Source: Bacillota bacterium (GTDB lineage Bacteria; Bacillota; Sulfobacillia; JAJZYS01; JAJYTV01). From it: a stretch of 46,571 nt of DNA. Both the position numbers and the translations under genes were made by a program. Each line of letters starts with the position of its first letter. The stretch's first letter is position 1. The notes under the pieces were generated by a model, which had not been told where the DNA came from, did not search any database, and was given only the letters and a program-made list of their open reading frames with translations. The DNA is taken from assembly GCA_021810725.1 (NCBI GenBank), contig JAJZIE010000002.1, positions 1 to 46,571 of the forward strand, given 5' to 3'. Shown here in pieces: positions 8,396 to 18,706 of the stretch.

Positions 8396-8996
8396 GCTAG
8401 GACTGGCGGCGGCAAGTCTCGGGATCGTGCTATGCGCCGCGCTCCCGGCGGCCGCGGCGACGACTCCGTCTACGCCGTTTGCCATGGCTGTGCTGGACCG
8501 CGCCGGCGCTTCCGCCATCTCGGTCACCGAAACGGTTTCGCAGCCGGGCCGCGGGCAGTTTGCGATCTGGCCAGGCGCATACGACGTGAGTGTGCCGGCT
8601 GGCCTTGCGGCGCTGGCGCAGGGGCGCTTCACGGTGCCCGCAGGCGTCGGCTCGGCGCAGGTCAAGTTCCTCGTCCGCATGCCGAAGAGCGGCCTTACGG
8701 TGCGCTGGCCGTTTCCGAGCCGTGTGGGGATGCTCTGGATCCTTGTCGGCAAGGGGCTCAGCCTGCCGGTGATCCTCAACCAGAAGTTCTCCCCGGCGCC
8801 GTCGACCGTCTGGGACGGCAACGACTACGCCGTCTACAGCGCCAAGGGTGTCGGCAACGACCTTACACTGAACCTCCAGTACCAGCAGCCGACCGTGAAT
8901 CCCTGGCAGCGGGTGCTACCCTGGCTCTGGCTGGTGCCTGTCGCACTGGTGGCGTACCTCGTTTTGCGGCGACTGCGCTGGCGCGCCCATGCTTGA
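8379..8996 (+). CDS. Hypothetical secreted, C-terminally membrane-anchored protein embedded in the ccm operon
   Basis: Signal-peptide-like N-terminus (LGLAAASLGIVLCAALPAAAA), a beta-rich middle and a C-terminal TM helix (LPWLWLVPVALVAYLVL) followed by RRLRWR. Overlaps ccmE by 17 nt and ccmA by 8 nt. I recognise no family. Confidence 0.6.
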   Translation: MPSRVRLGLAAASLGIVLCAALPAAAATTPSTPFAMAVLDRAGASAISVTETVSQPGRGQFAIWPGAYDVSVPAGLAALAQGRFTVPAGVGSAQVKFLVRMPKSGLTVRWPFPSRVGMLWILVGKGLSLPVILNQKFSPAPSTVWDGNDYAVYSAKGVGNDLTLNLQYQQPTVNPWQRVLPWLWLVPVALVAYLVLRRLRWRAHA

Positions 8997-9699
8997 AGCT
9001 CGAGACCTCCGACTGCAGCTCGGCGACCGCCGCGTGCTGCGCGGGGTGTCTTTTGCTTTAATGCCGGGACACTGCCTCGCGCTCTTTGGTGCGAACGGTG
9101 CCGGCAAGACCTCGCTTCTGAGCCTCGTCGCGCTCCAACGCGTGCCGACGGCGGGCAGCCTGAGGCTCTTTGGAGGAGAGGCGGCGGTGGACGACCTTGC
9201 TCTGCGGCGACGCCTGGGCTACCTTGGGCACGAACCCGGTGTATTCCTGGGCCTCACAGGGTACGAGAACCTGCTGCTGTACGCGCGCCTCTACGGGCTG
9301 ACGGACGCCAAGGAGCGCGCGCTTGGGGAGTTGCGCAGAGTGGGGCTCGCACCATTCCGGCATACGCTTGTCCGCAGCTACTCCGCAGGTATGCGCCAGC
9401 GGCTCGGGCTCGCCAGGACGCTGATGCATCGGCCGGAGCTGCTGCTGCTCGATGAGCCGCATCAGAGTCTCGACCGCCGCGGCCAGGACCTCCTGGACCG
9501 CCTTGTGGCGGAGCACTGCGGCGAGGGGGGAGCGGCGCTGCTGGCGACCCACGAGACGGAGCGCGCGCTCGGCCTGGCCACCGACGTCATGGTGCTCAGC
9601 CGGGGAAGGATCGCGTATCTGGCCCCGGCGGCCGAGACGACGCGCGCCACGTTCGAGAAGGTCCTCTCAGAAGCGCTCGGAGGCGGAGAACTTTGCTGA
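8989..9699 (+). CDS. ccmA: Heme exporter ATP-binding protein CcmA
   Basis: ABC ATPase with Walker A GANGAGKTS, signature YSAGMRQRL and Walker B LLLLDEP. Positioned immediately upstream of ccmB and ccmC. Confidence 0.85.
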   Translation: MLEARDLRLQLGDRRVLRGVSFALMPGHCLALFGANGAGKTSLLSLVALQRVPTAGSLRLFGGEAAVDDLALRRRLGYLGHEPGVFLGLTGYENLLLYARLYGLTDAKERALGELRRVGLAPFRHTLVRSYSAGMRQRLGLARTLMHRPELLLLDEPHQSLDRRGQDLLDRLVAEHCGEGGAALLATHETERALGLATDVMVLSRGRIAYLAPAAETTRATFEKVLSEALGGGELC

Positions 9700-10355
9700 A
9701 GGCGGCCGTCTGGCTGTTCTGGAAGGACCTCAGCCTTGAACTGCGCGGACGGGAGCTTCTGCTGCCAGCCGCCGTATTCGGCCTGATCATCGCGATGCTC
9801 TACGGCTTCGCGTTCGACGGCGGCCAGCAGGCGCTGCGCCCGATGTTTCCCGGGCTGCTCTGGCTTGGGATCTTCTTTTCGAGTTTCCTCGCGGTGGGGC
9901 GGGCGTTCGGCGTGGAGGCCGAGGCCGGGCAGCAGCTCCTGATGGCCCCGATCGACCGCGGCGCCATCTTCCTCGCGAAGCTTGCCCTCAACATTCTCCT
10001 GACGCTCGTGCTGACGGCCGTGCTCACCCCGGCCTTCGCCCTGCTGCTGGGTGCACCGCTGCCCCGGGCGACCTGGCTCTTCCTCTGGACCCTTGTGCTT
10101 GGGGTGGTCGGCTTCGCCGCCGCAGGCAGCGCGATGGGCGCGCTCACCGCGCAGACCCGCCTGCGGGAACTCCTTCTGCCGGCCCTCCTGCTGCCGTTCA
10201 CCTCGCCCCTGCTGCTCGGCGCGGTGAGCGCGACGTCGGCGCTCTATGGCAAGAGCCCGGCGCAGCTCGGCAGCTGGCTTTGGCTGATGGCGGTGTTCGA
10301 CGGCATCTTCATCCTGGTGCCGCTGCTGCTGTTCGAGTACCTGACGGAGGTGTAG
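9693..10355 (+). CDS. ccmB: Heme exporter membrane protein CcmB
   Basis: TTG start lies 8 nt after GGAGG and overlaps the ccmA end. Six hydrophobic helices with a CcmB-like N-terminus (FWKDLSLELRGRE). Confidence 0.82.
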   Translation: MLKAAVWLFWKDLSLELRGRELLLPAAVFGLIIAMLYGFAFDGGQQALRPMFPGLLWLGIFFSSFLAVGRAFGVEAEAGQQLLMAPIDRGAIFLAKLALNILLTLVLTAVLTPAFALLLGAPLPRATWLFLWTLVLGVVGFAAAGSAMGALTAQTRLRELLLPALLLPFTSPLLLGAVSATSALYGKSPAQLGSWLWLMAVFDGIFILVPLLLFEYLTEV

Positions 10356-10358
10356 AAC

Positions 10359-11036
10359 TTGCGTTACCTGCGCTGGCTCGCGCTGCCGCTGTGGGTGGTG
10401 GGGCTGTACCTGGCGCTGATCTGGGTTCCCGATGTCCGCGCCCTGGGGGTTTCCTATCGTATCTTCTACATCCATCTGGGCATGGCCTGGACCGCCCTCC
10501 TGGCGATGACGGCCAACTTCGTCCTGTCGTTGCTGGTGCTGGTGCGCCGCAAGGGCAGGGAGGAGACCGACCGCTTCGCCCAGGCTTCGGCAGAGGCGGG
10601 CATTCTCATGACGACCGCCACGCTGGCGTCGGGCATGCTCTGGGCCCGTGTCGCCTGGGGCGCGTACTGGACATGGGACCCGCGGCTCACGACCACGGCG
10701 ATCATGTGGTTCCTTTACATCGGCTATCTCCTGCTGCGCCAGGCCATGGACGACGATACGAAGCGCCGTGTCTACAGCGCCGTCTATGCGCTGATCGTCT
10801 TCGTGGACGTGCCGATCGTCTACCTGAGCGTCCGCTGGTGGCGGAGCATCCATCCGGTCGTCTTCACGGAATCCGGCATGAACATCACGCCTCAGATGCT
10901 CGTCGCCGTGATCGTGTTCTTCTTCGCGACCCTCGTGCTGGCTCTCGATCTCATCTACCTGCGCGCCTTCCAGGAGAAGGTGCACCAGGAACTGCAAAAG
11001 CGCAGGGCCAGGCGTCTCGGACGCCTCGGCTACTGA
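10359..11036 (+). CDS. ccmC: Heme lyase/exporter subunit CcmC
   Basis: TTG start after GGAGGTG. Tryptophan-rich WWD motif WGAYWTWDPRLTT and conserved histidines (IFYIHLG; SIHP). Confidence 0.9.
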   Translation: MRYLRWLALPLWVVGLYLALIWVPDVRALGVSYRIFYIHLGMAWTALLAMTANFVLSLLVLVRRKGREETDRFAQASAEAGILMTTATLASGMLWARVAWGAYWTWDPRLTTTAIMWFLYIGYLLLRQAMDDDTKRRVYSAVYALIVFVDVPIVYLSVRWWRSIHPVVFTESGMNITPQMLVAVIVFFFATLVLALDLIYLRAFQEKVHQELQKRRARRLGRLGY

Positions 11037-11052
11037 ACGGGGGGACTTTCGG

Positions 11053-11214
11053 GTGGCGGTGGAGAAGCAGTTTCTCGAGTTCGTCTTCTTCGCATATTCG
11101 GCGGTGTTCATCCTGATTTTTCTGTTCGTGACCAACGTCTGGCGACGGACGCGGAGCCTCCAGCAGCAACTGGACGCCATGCGGGAAGACGAGGACGCAG
11201 AAGGGGAGTCCTGA
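11053..11214 (+). CDS. ccmD: Small single-TM protein, CcmD-like (absent from the ORF track because it is under 60 aa)
   Basis: Translated by hand: VAVEKQFLEFVFFAYSAVFILIFLFVTNVWRRTRSLQQQLDAMREDEDAEGES*. GTG at 11053 lies 8 nt after GGGGGG. One TM helix plus a charged tail, directly after ccmC as in other System I operons. Stop at 11212-11214, 5 nt before the next gene. Confidence 0.5.
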   Translation: MAVEKQFLEFVFFAYSAVFILIFLFVTNVWRRTRSLQQQLDAMREDEDAEGES

Positions 11215-11218
11215 AGGC

Positions 11219-11884
11219 ATGAAGGGCCGGCAGATGTGGGGCATGCTCGGCATGCTGCTCCTTCTCGGCATTCTGCTCGGCGTCCAGTTCCGCGTCGACC
11301 GTGGGGTGCAGGCGGTGGGGCCCGAGAACGTCGGTGACATGGCCGTGCTGCTGCTGCGGGCCGAACAGCAGAACCATCAACTGTCCGGCGAACTGGCGAC
11401 GCTCAAGGCGCAGATCCTCCGTCAGGACCAGGGGGCGGTGCGCTACAAGGACATTGTGCAGCAACTCGACCAGGCCAGGGCGGAGGCGGGGCTCACCCCC
11501 GTATCCGGCAAGGGCGTCGAAGTGACGATGTCCGAGCCGCCGGGTGGACCCGGCACCCAAGGCATCTTCGCCATCCACGACACCGACGTGCTGAGCATCC
11601 TGAACGAACTCAGGGCTGCTGGGGCCTACGCGCTTTCGATCAACGGCCAGCGGGTCGTGGCGACGACCGAGGTGCGCGAGGCAGGCACGATCTTCTCGAT
11701 CAACAACACGCCGTCGGCGCCGCCTTTCACCATCGTGGCGCTCGGCAACCCGACGACCCTGCGCCAGGCCCTGCTGCTGCGCGGCGGTGTCGTCGACACC
11801 CTGCAGGCCGTCGGCATCGGCATCAAGATCAGGACGTCGCAGACGCTCACGGTTCCCGCGTACCAGGGTGCCGACCTGCCCTGA
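11219..11884 (+). CDS. DUF881-family protein (YlxW/YlxX-like, division/envelope associated)
   Basis: N-terminal TM helix, a coiled-coil segment (QQNHQLSGELATLKAQI), then GKGVEVTM...I.DTDVL.ILNELRAAGA.A.SINGQR, typical of DUF881. Confidence 0.8.
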   Translation: MKGRQMWGMLGMLLLLGILLGVQFRVDRGVQAVGPENVGDMAVLLLRAEQQNHQLSGELATLKAQILRQDQGAVRYKDIVQQLDQARAEAGLTPVSGKGVEVTMSEPPGGPGTQGIFAIHDTDVLSILNELRAAGAYALSINGQRVVATTEVREAGTIFSINNTPSAPPFTIVALGNPTTLRQALLLRGGVVDTLQAVGIGIKIRTSQTLTVPAYQGADLP

Positions 11885-11991
11885 GATCTCCTGCCTCAGT
11901 ACCCGGCGGTCCGATCGGGCGCCAGCCGAGGGCCAGTTGGGCCTAATGGCACCCGGCGCCGGGTACTTCGTCTTTCTTTCTCCCCTCCCGG

Positions 11992-12000
11992 TGGTACAAT
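11992..12000 (+). promoter_or_regulatory. Extended -10 element (TGgTACAAT) upstream of citrate synthase
   Basis: TGGTACAAT at 11992-12000, 62 nt upstream of the citrate synthase ATG and just after a T-rich tract. Same TGGTAnAAT form as the element at 3498. Confidence 0.4.
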
Positions 12001-12061
12001 GAACGGCGGAGCGGGACCAATCGGCTGCGACCGCGTTTCTTTGGGAAGGGATGGTCGGAAC

Positions 12062-13189
12062 ATGGCAGAGACTGGCTTCAAGGCAGGCCTCGAAGATGTG
12101 GTGGCCGGGACTTCCGATATTTGTTTCATCGATGGGAAGGAAGGCCGGCTCGTATACTCCGGCTACGATATCCACGACCTCGTAAAGCACGGCAGCTTCG
12201 AGGAGACGGTGTACCTGCTCTGGCACAACCGGCTGCCGAGCAAGGCTGAACTCGAGACCCTCGAGCAGACGCTGACGAGCCAGGCGGCGGTGCCCGAGCC
12301 TGTGATCAGCATGCTCGAGGCCATGCCGAAGGGCGCCGAGCCCATGGAGATGCTGCGCACCGCCGTTTCGGCGATGTCGGTCTACGACCCCGATGACCAC
12401 GACCAGAGCTACGACGCATCGGTACGCAAGGCCGAGCGGCTTGTGGCCCGCTTCCCGACCCTGGTCGCGGCCATCGGCCGGATCATGCAGGGCGAGAAGC
12501 CGATTCCGCCGCGGCAGGGCCTCAACGTCGCGCAGAACTTCCTCTACATGCTCACCGGCAAGGAAGCGGACGAGCGCAACGCGCACCTCTTCGACCTCTG
12601 CCTGATCATGCACGCCGACCACGAGCTGAACGCGTCGACGTTCTCCGCGCGCGTCACGGCGGGCACCCTGAGCGACATCTACTCGGCGGTCACGTCGGCC
12701 GTCGGCACCCTCAAGGGACCGCTGCACGGCGGCGCCAACGAGCAGGTCATGCGGATGCTGCTCGAGATCGGGGAAGTCGCGAACGCCGAGAGCTGGATCA
12801 AGGACGCCTTGGCGCAGAAGAAGAAGATCATGGGCTTCGGCCACCGCGTGTACCGCACGGAGGACCCGCGCGCCACGCACCTGCGCCAGTTCAGCGAGGA
12901 GGTCGGCAAGAAGGCCGGCGACACCCGCTGGTACGAGATGTCCCGCATCGTCGAGCGGGTCGTGCTGCAGGAGAAGGGCCTCTACCCGAACGTCGACTTC
13001 TTCTCGGCCTCGACCTACTACATGATGGGTCTGCCGATTCCGCTATTCACTCCAATCTTCGCTTTGAGCCGCATTTCCGGCTGGACGGCCCATGTTCTTG
13101 AACAGTACCGCAACAACCGCCTCATCCGCCCGCGCGCAGAGTACACTGGACCCGAGCGCCGGGAGTACACGCCGATCGCTGACCGCTAG
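12062..13189 (+). CDS. citZ: Citrate synthase (CitZ-type, ~375 aa)
   Basis: ORF 11999..13189, ATG at 12062. GLEDVVAGTSDICFIDG..GRLVYSGYDI, catalytic region HADHELNASTF and GFGHRVY..DPR. Confidence 0.95.
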   Translation: MAETGFKAGLEDVVAGTSDICFIDGKEGRLVYSGYDIHDLVKHGSFEETVYLLWHNRLPSKAELETLEQTLTSQAAVPEPVISMLEAMPKGAEPMEMLRTAVSAMSVYDPDDHDQSYDASVRKAERLVARFPTLVAAIGRIMQGEKPIPPRQGLNVAQNFLYMLTGKEADERNAHLFDLCLIMHADHELNASTFSARVTAGTLSDIYSAVTSAVGTLKGPLHGGANEQVMRMLLEIGEVANAESWIKDALAQKKKIMGFGHRVYRTEDPRATHLRQFSEEVGKKAGDTRWYEMSRIVERVVLQEKGLYPNVDFFSASTYYMMGLPIPLFTPIFALSRISGWTAHVLEQYRNNRLIRPRAEYTGPERREYTPIADR

Positions 13190-13201
13190 AGCCCCGTCGC
13201 T

Positions 13202-13238
13202 CCCCGGTGGGGCACCCGCCCCGCCGGGGGCGTTCTTT
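13202..13238 (+). terminator. Terminator/attenuator between citrate synthase and icd
   Basis: Stem CCCCGGTGGGG (13202-13212) / CCCCGCCGGGG (13219-13229), 11 bp including one G.U, followed by GCGTTCTTT. Confidence 0.55.
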
Positions 13239-13261
13239 GGAAACAGGAGGGTAGCCGTACA

Positions 13262-14479
<1,218 letters not shown>

Positions 14480-14482
14480 AGC

Positions 14483-15409
14483 ATGCGCGACAAGGTCACG
14501 ATCATCGGCGCCGGCAACGTCGGCGCGACAACGGCTCACTGGCTCATGGCCCGCAACATCTGTGACGTCGTGCTGGTCGATGTGGTCGAGGGCATCCCGC
14601 AGGGCAAGGCGCTCGACCTCTACGAGGCCTCGCCGGTCGTCGGCGCATCCGTCAAGGTCGTCGGCGAACAGGACTACGCGGCAACCGCCGGCTCGTCCGT
14701 GGTGGTCGTGACGGCAGGCTTCGCCCGCAAGCCCGGTATGAGCCGCGACGACCTCCTCAACATGAACAACGAAGTCGTGACGCAGGTGGTCAAGAAGGCG
14801 GTCGCGGCATCTCCCGACGCCGTCTTCATCGTCGTGACGAACCCGGTCGACGTGATGACCTACGTCACCTGGAAGGCGTCCGGCCTGCCGGCCGAGCGCG
14901 TCATGGGCATGGCCGGCGTGCTCGACTCCGCCCGCTTCCGCGCGTTCCTGGCGATGGAGCTCGGCGTATCGCCGAAGGACGTCGTGGCGTTCGTCATGGG
15001 CGGCCATGGCGACCAGATGGTACCGCTCACCCGCTACTCGTCCGTCGGCGGCATCCCGGTCGAGAGCCTGATTTCGAAGGACCGCCTTGACGCCATCGTC
15101 AAGCGTACGCGCACCGGTGGCGGCGAGATCGTCAACCTGCTCAAGAGCGGCAGCGCCTACTTCGCGCCGGGTGCATCCTCCGCGGAGATGGTCGAGGCCG
15201 TGCTTGGCGACCAGAAGCGCATTCTCCCCGTCATCGCCCACCTGGACGGCCAGTACGGCGAAAAGGACGTCTACGTCGGCGTGCCCGCCATGATCGGGCG
15301 CGGCGGCGTCGAGAAGATCTACGAGATCGAATTCACGCCGGAAGAGGCAGAGGCGTTCCGCAACTCTGTGCAGGCAGTGCGCGAGCCGCTTTCGGTACTG
15401 GGGTTTTAG
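14483..15409 (+). CDS. mdh: Malate dehydrogenase (LDH-like MDH family)
   Basis: [15 protein letters not shown] Rossmann motif, [12 protein letters not shown] and GGHGD. Follows icd as in the Bacillus citZ-icd-mdh arrangement. Confidence 0.95.
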   Translation: MRDKVTIIGAGNVGATTAHWLMARNICDVVLVDVVEGIPQGKALDLYEASPVVGASVKVVGEQDYAATAGSSVVVVTAGFARKPGMSRDDLLNMNNEVVTQVVKKAVAASPDAVFIVVTNPVDVMTYVTWKASGLPAERVMGMAGVLDSARFRAFLAMELGVSPKDVVAFVMGGHGDQMVPLTRYSSVGGIPVESLISKDRLDAIVKRTRTGGGEIVNLLKSGSAYFAPGASSAEMVEAVLGDQKRILPVIAHLDGQYGEKDVYVGVPAMIGRGGVEKIYEIEFTPEEAEAFRNSVQAVREPLSVLGF

Positions 15410-15412
15410 CAA

Positions 15413-16651
15413 ATGAGGCTGCGTGAAGAGGCCCTCGAGTACCACCGAATCCACCATGGCAAGATCGAGGTCACGAGCCGCGTGCCGCTGCGTGACCAGC
15501 AGGATCTGTCGCTCGCCTACACGCCTGGCGTGGCCGAGCCGTGCAAGCAGATCCAGATCGAGCCGGAGTCCATCTTCGACTACACGAACCGCGGCAACCT
15601 CGTGGCCATCCTGACGGACGGCTCCGCGGTGCTCGGACTCGGCGACATCGGTCCCGGCGCCGGCCTTCCTGTCATGGAGGGCAAGGCGGTCCTCTTCAAG
15701 GCGTTCGGCGGAGTAGACGCGTTCCCGGTACTCGTCAACACGCAGGACGTCGACAAGATCGTCGAGGTCATGAAGCTCCTGGAGCCGGGCTTTGGTGGGG
15801 TCAACGTCGAGGACGTGTCGGCTCCCCGCTGCTTCGAGCTCGAGCGCCGGCTCAAGGAAGAACTCGACATCCCCGTGTTCCACGACGACCAGCATGGTAC
15901 CGCGATCGTGGTGGGAGCGGCGTTCCTCAACGCCCTGCGCGTCGTGCAGAAGAAGATCGAGGACGTGCGCGTCGTCTTCAACGGCGCCGGCGCGTCCGGC
16001 ATCATGGTCTCCCGGATGCTGCGCGACCTCGGCGTCAAGGACATCATCCTCTGCGACCGTCAGGGCACCATCTATCAGGGGCGGCCGGGCCTCAACCCCG
16101 AGAAGGAGGTTGTGGCCAAGGAGACGAACCCGCGTGGCGTGAAGGGCAGCCTGGCCGACGCGCTTGTCGGGGCGGACGCCTTTGTCGGTCTCTCTTCCGC
16201 AGGGGCCGTCACGATGGACATGATCCGTCCGATGAACAAGGATGGTATCGTCTTCGCCCTCGCGAACCCGGTTCCGGAGATCTGGCCGGTCCAGGCCGTC
16301 GAGGTGGGCGCGGCGGTGGTCGGCACAGGCCGCTCGGACTTCGCGAACCAGATCAACAACGTGCTCGGCTTCCCCGGCGTCTTCCGCGGCGCTCTGGACG
16401 TCCGTGCGCGCAGAATCACGGAAGGCATGAAGCAGGCGGCGGCACGGGCCATCGCCGGCCTCATCACCGACCAGGAGCTCAGGCCCGACTACGTGATCCC
16501 GGCACCGCTCGATCGGCGCGTCGCGCCGGCGGTGGCGCGGGCCGTGGCCGAGCAGGCGATCAAGGAAGGGCTCGCGCGGCGCGTGCTCGACCCGGCCGAA
16601 GTCGAGCAGCACTGCATCGAGCTGACCCGCGAGAAGGAAGGCCAAGCGTAG
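15413..16651 (+). CDS. NAD(P)-dependent malic enzyme (short, ~410 aa form)
   Basis: ALEYHRI.HGKIEV, DLSLAYTPGVA, VLGLGDIGP.AGLPVMEGKA.LFK, FGG.N.EDI.AP.CF and GAGASG motifs. Confidence 0.9.
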   Translation: MRLREEALEYHRIHHGKIEVTSRVPLRDQQDLSLAYTPGVAEPCKQIQIEPESIFDYTNRGNLVAILTDGSAVLGLGDIGPGAGLPVMEGKAVLFKAFGGVDAFPVLVNTQDVDKIVEVMKLLEPGFGGVNVEDVSAPRCFELERRLKEELDIPVFHDDQHGTAIVVGAAFLNALRVVQKKIEDVRVVFNGAGASGIMVSRMLRDLGVKDIILCDRQGTIYQGRPGLNPEKEVVAKETNPRGVKGSLADALVGADAFVGLSSAGAVTMDMIRPMNKDGIVFALANPVPEIWPVQAVEVGAAVVGTGRSDFANQINNVLGFPGVFRGALDVRARRITEGMKQAAARAIAGLITDQELRPDYVIPAPLDRRVAPAVARAVAEQAIKEGLARRVLDPAEVEQHCIELTREKEGQA

Positions 16652-16664
16652 AAAGGACAGTGGC

Positions 16665-17777
16665 ATGAAGCTCTACGAGTATCTCGCGAAGGGGCGCCTC
16701 AAGGCGCATGGAATCCCTGTGCCCCCGGGTGTGCTCTGTCGCACGCCGGATGAGGTCGCCAAGGCGCTCGAGGAGATCTGCCCTGCGGCCGTGAAGGCGC
16801 AGGTGCTGGTCGGAGGCCGCGGCAGGGCGGGCGGCATCAAGTTCGCCCAAGATCCCGAGGAGGGGCGCAAGGTCGCTTCCGAGATCCTCGGCATGAACCT
16901 CAAGGGCTACACTGTCGAACAGGTCTACGTCGAAGGCAAGATCGACGTCGAACGCGAGTTCTACGTCTCCGTGACCGTCGACCGCAACGCGAGGAAGCCA
17001 CTCGTCATGGCTTCCTCGCACGGCGGCGTCGAGATCGAGGACGTGGAGGACAAGTATATCGTCCGCCGCCACGTGGACGAGGCCTTTGGCATGCAGGGCT
17101 ACCTGGCACGGGACATCGCCGCCGAGATGGGTCTCGAGGGCGACGTCGCGAAGCAGGTCGCGGTGATCCTGCAGAAGCTCTACGAGGTCTTCCGCACGGA
17201 AGACGCCGAGCTTGTGGAGATCAATCCGCTTGTCGTCTCGGGCGGGAAGGTCATCGCGGCGGACGCCCGGCTCAACATCGACGACGCGGCCCTCTTCCGC
17301 CACAAGGATCTGCCTTCGGTTGCCGAGGGCACGGAACTGGAACTCAAGGTGAAGGAGATCGGCCTCGCCTTTGTGCAACTGGACGGCGACATCGCCGTGA
17401 TGGCGAACGGTGCCGGCATGGCCATGGCCACGCTCGATGCGCTGCAGCACTTCGGCGGCAAGCCCGCGAACTTCCTCGACGCCGGTGGCGGCGCTTCGGT
17501 GGAGCCGACGGCCCAGGCGATGGGCGTGCTCGTATCGATGCAGCCGAAGGCGATCTTCGTCAACATCTTCGGCGGCATCACGCGCTGCGACGATGTGGCG
17601 AACGCGATCGTCCAGGTGAAGAATACGCAGGGCATTCCGGTGCCGCTCGTGGTACGCCTCGTAGGCACCAACGAGCAGCAGGGTGTCGAGATCTTGCGCC
17701 GCGAGGGCATCGAGGCGTTCCGAGAGATGAGCGAGGCGGCCAGGAAAGCTGTCGAACTCGCCGGGGAGGTGCGCTAG
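16665..17777 (+). CDS. sucC: Succinyl-CoA synthetase beta subunit
   Basis: MKLYEYLAKGRLKAHGIPVP N-terminus, ATP-grasp body and GGITRCD motif. Confidence 0.95.
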   Translation: MKLYEYLAKGRLKAHGIPVPPGVLCRTPDEVAKALEEICPAAVKAQVLVGGRGRAGGIKFAQDPEEGRKVASEILGMNLKGYTVEQVYVEGKIDVEREFYVSVTVDRNARKPLVMASSHGGVEIEDVEDKYIVRRHVDEAFGMQGYLARDIAAEMGLEGDVAKQVAVILQKLYEVFRTEDAELVEINPLVVSGGKVIAADARLNIDDAALFRHKDLPSVAEGTELELKVKEIGLAFVQLDGDIAVMANGAGMAMATLDALQHFGGKPANFLDAGGGASVEPTAQAMGVLVSMQPKAIFVNIFGGITRCDDVANAIVQVKNTQGIPVPLVVRLVGTNEQQGVEILRREGIEAFREMSEAARKAVELAGEVR

Positions 17778-17778
17778 C

Positions 17779-18645
17779 ATGGCGATCATCATCGATCAGG
17801 ACACCCGGGTCGTCGTGCAGGGCATGACCGGCAACCAGGGCAGTTTCCACACGGGCCAGATGGTCAAGTACGGCACCAACGTGGTCGCGGGCACGTCGCC
17901 GACCAAGGCCGGCCAGGACCACGAGGGTATCCCGGTCTTCGCCTCGGTGCGCGAGGCGGTCCTGGAGCGCGGCGCAAACGCGTCGATCGTGTTTGTGCCG
18001 GCGGCATTCGCCAAGGACGCCGCCTTCGAGGCCATCGACGCCGGCTGCAAGGTCGTCGTGATGATCCCCGAGCACATCCCGGTGCAGGACTCGATCCTCA
18101 TCGTCGAGTACGCCCGCTTCCGCGGCGCCAAGGTGGTGGGACCGAACACGTACGGTCTCATCTCCCCGGGCAAGGCGAAGATGGGCATCATGCCGAACCA
18201 CATCTACGCGCCCGGCCCGGTGGGCCTCGTGGCCCGCTCGGGAACCCTCTCCTACGAGATCGCGGCGGCTCTCACCGATGCGGGCCTTGGCCAGTCCACG
18301 GCGATCGGCATGGGCGGCGACCCCGTGGTGGGACAGGTGTTCAACGATGTGCTGCACCAGTTCGAGAAGGACCCCGAGACCAAGGCCTGCGTACTGGTCG
18401 GGGAGATCGGCGGCAGTGCGGAGGAGGAGGCGGCTGAGTTCATCAAGACGATGAGCAAGCCCGTCGTTGCCTACCTCGCGGGTCGCGCGGCACCCCCCGG
18501 AAAGCGCATGGGTCACGCCGGGGCCATCATCGAACGCGGCCGCGGCACCTTGGAGAGCAAGCGCAAGGCGCTTGAGGCGGCCGGGGTCACGGTCGTCGAG
18601 ATGCCGTGGGAAGTGGCGCCGGCGGTAAAGAAGCTGCTGGGCTGA
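17779..18645 (+). CDS. sucD: Succinyl-CoA synthetase alpha subunit
   Basis: VVVQGMTGNQGSFH and SRSGTLSYE motifs, plus phosphohistidine loop MGHAGAII. Confidence 0.95.
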   Translation: MAIIIDQDTRVVVQGMTGNQGSFHTGQMVKYGTNVVAGTSPTKAGQDHEGIPVFASVREAVLERGANASIVFVPAAFAKDAAFEAIDAGCKVVVMIPEHIPVQDSILIVEYARFRGAKVVGPNTYGLISPGKAKMGIMPNHIYAPGPVGLVARSGTLSYEIAAALTDAGLGQSTAIGMGGDPVVGQVFNDVLHQFEKDPETKACVLVGEIGGSAEEEAAEFIKTMSKPVVAYLAGRAAPPGKRMGHAGAIIERGRGTLESKRKALEAAGVTVVEMPWEVAPAVKKLLG

Positions 18646-18659
18646 GGTATATGCGATCG

Positions 18660-18681
18660 GCGGCCGCCTTAGGGCGGCCGC
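18660..18681. terminator. Bidirectional terminator between sucD and the convergent desulfhydrase-family gene
   Basis: GCGGCCGCC-TTAG-GGCGGCCGC stem-loop followed by TTCCTTGTT on the plus strand. It sits between two convergent stop codons (18645 and 18707). Confidence 0.65.
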
Positions 18682-18706
18682 TTCCTTGTTGCTGGTTCGG
18701 CTGGAG

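Noticed and set aside
9462-12880. Long minus-strand ORFs 9462..11180 (572 aa) and 11108..12880 (590 aa)
   Set aside because: They are antisense to ccmA/B/C, the DUF881 gene and citrate synthase, all of which have clear family motifs. Their translations are Arg/Glu/His/Gln-rich with no recognisable domains, which is a typical high-GC shadow ORF.
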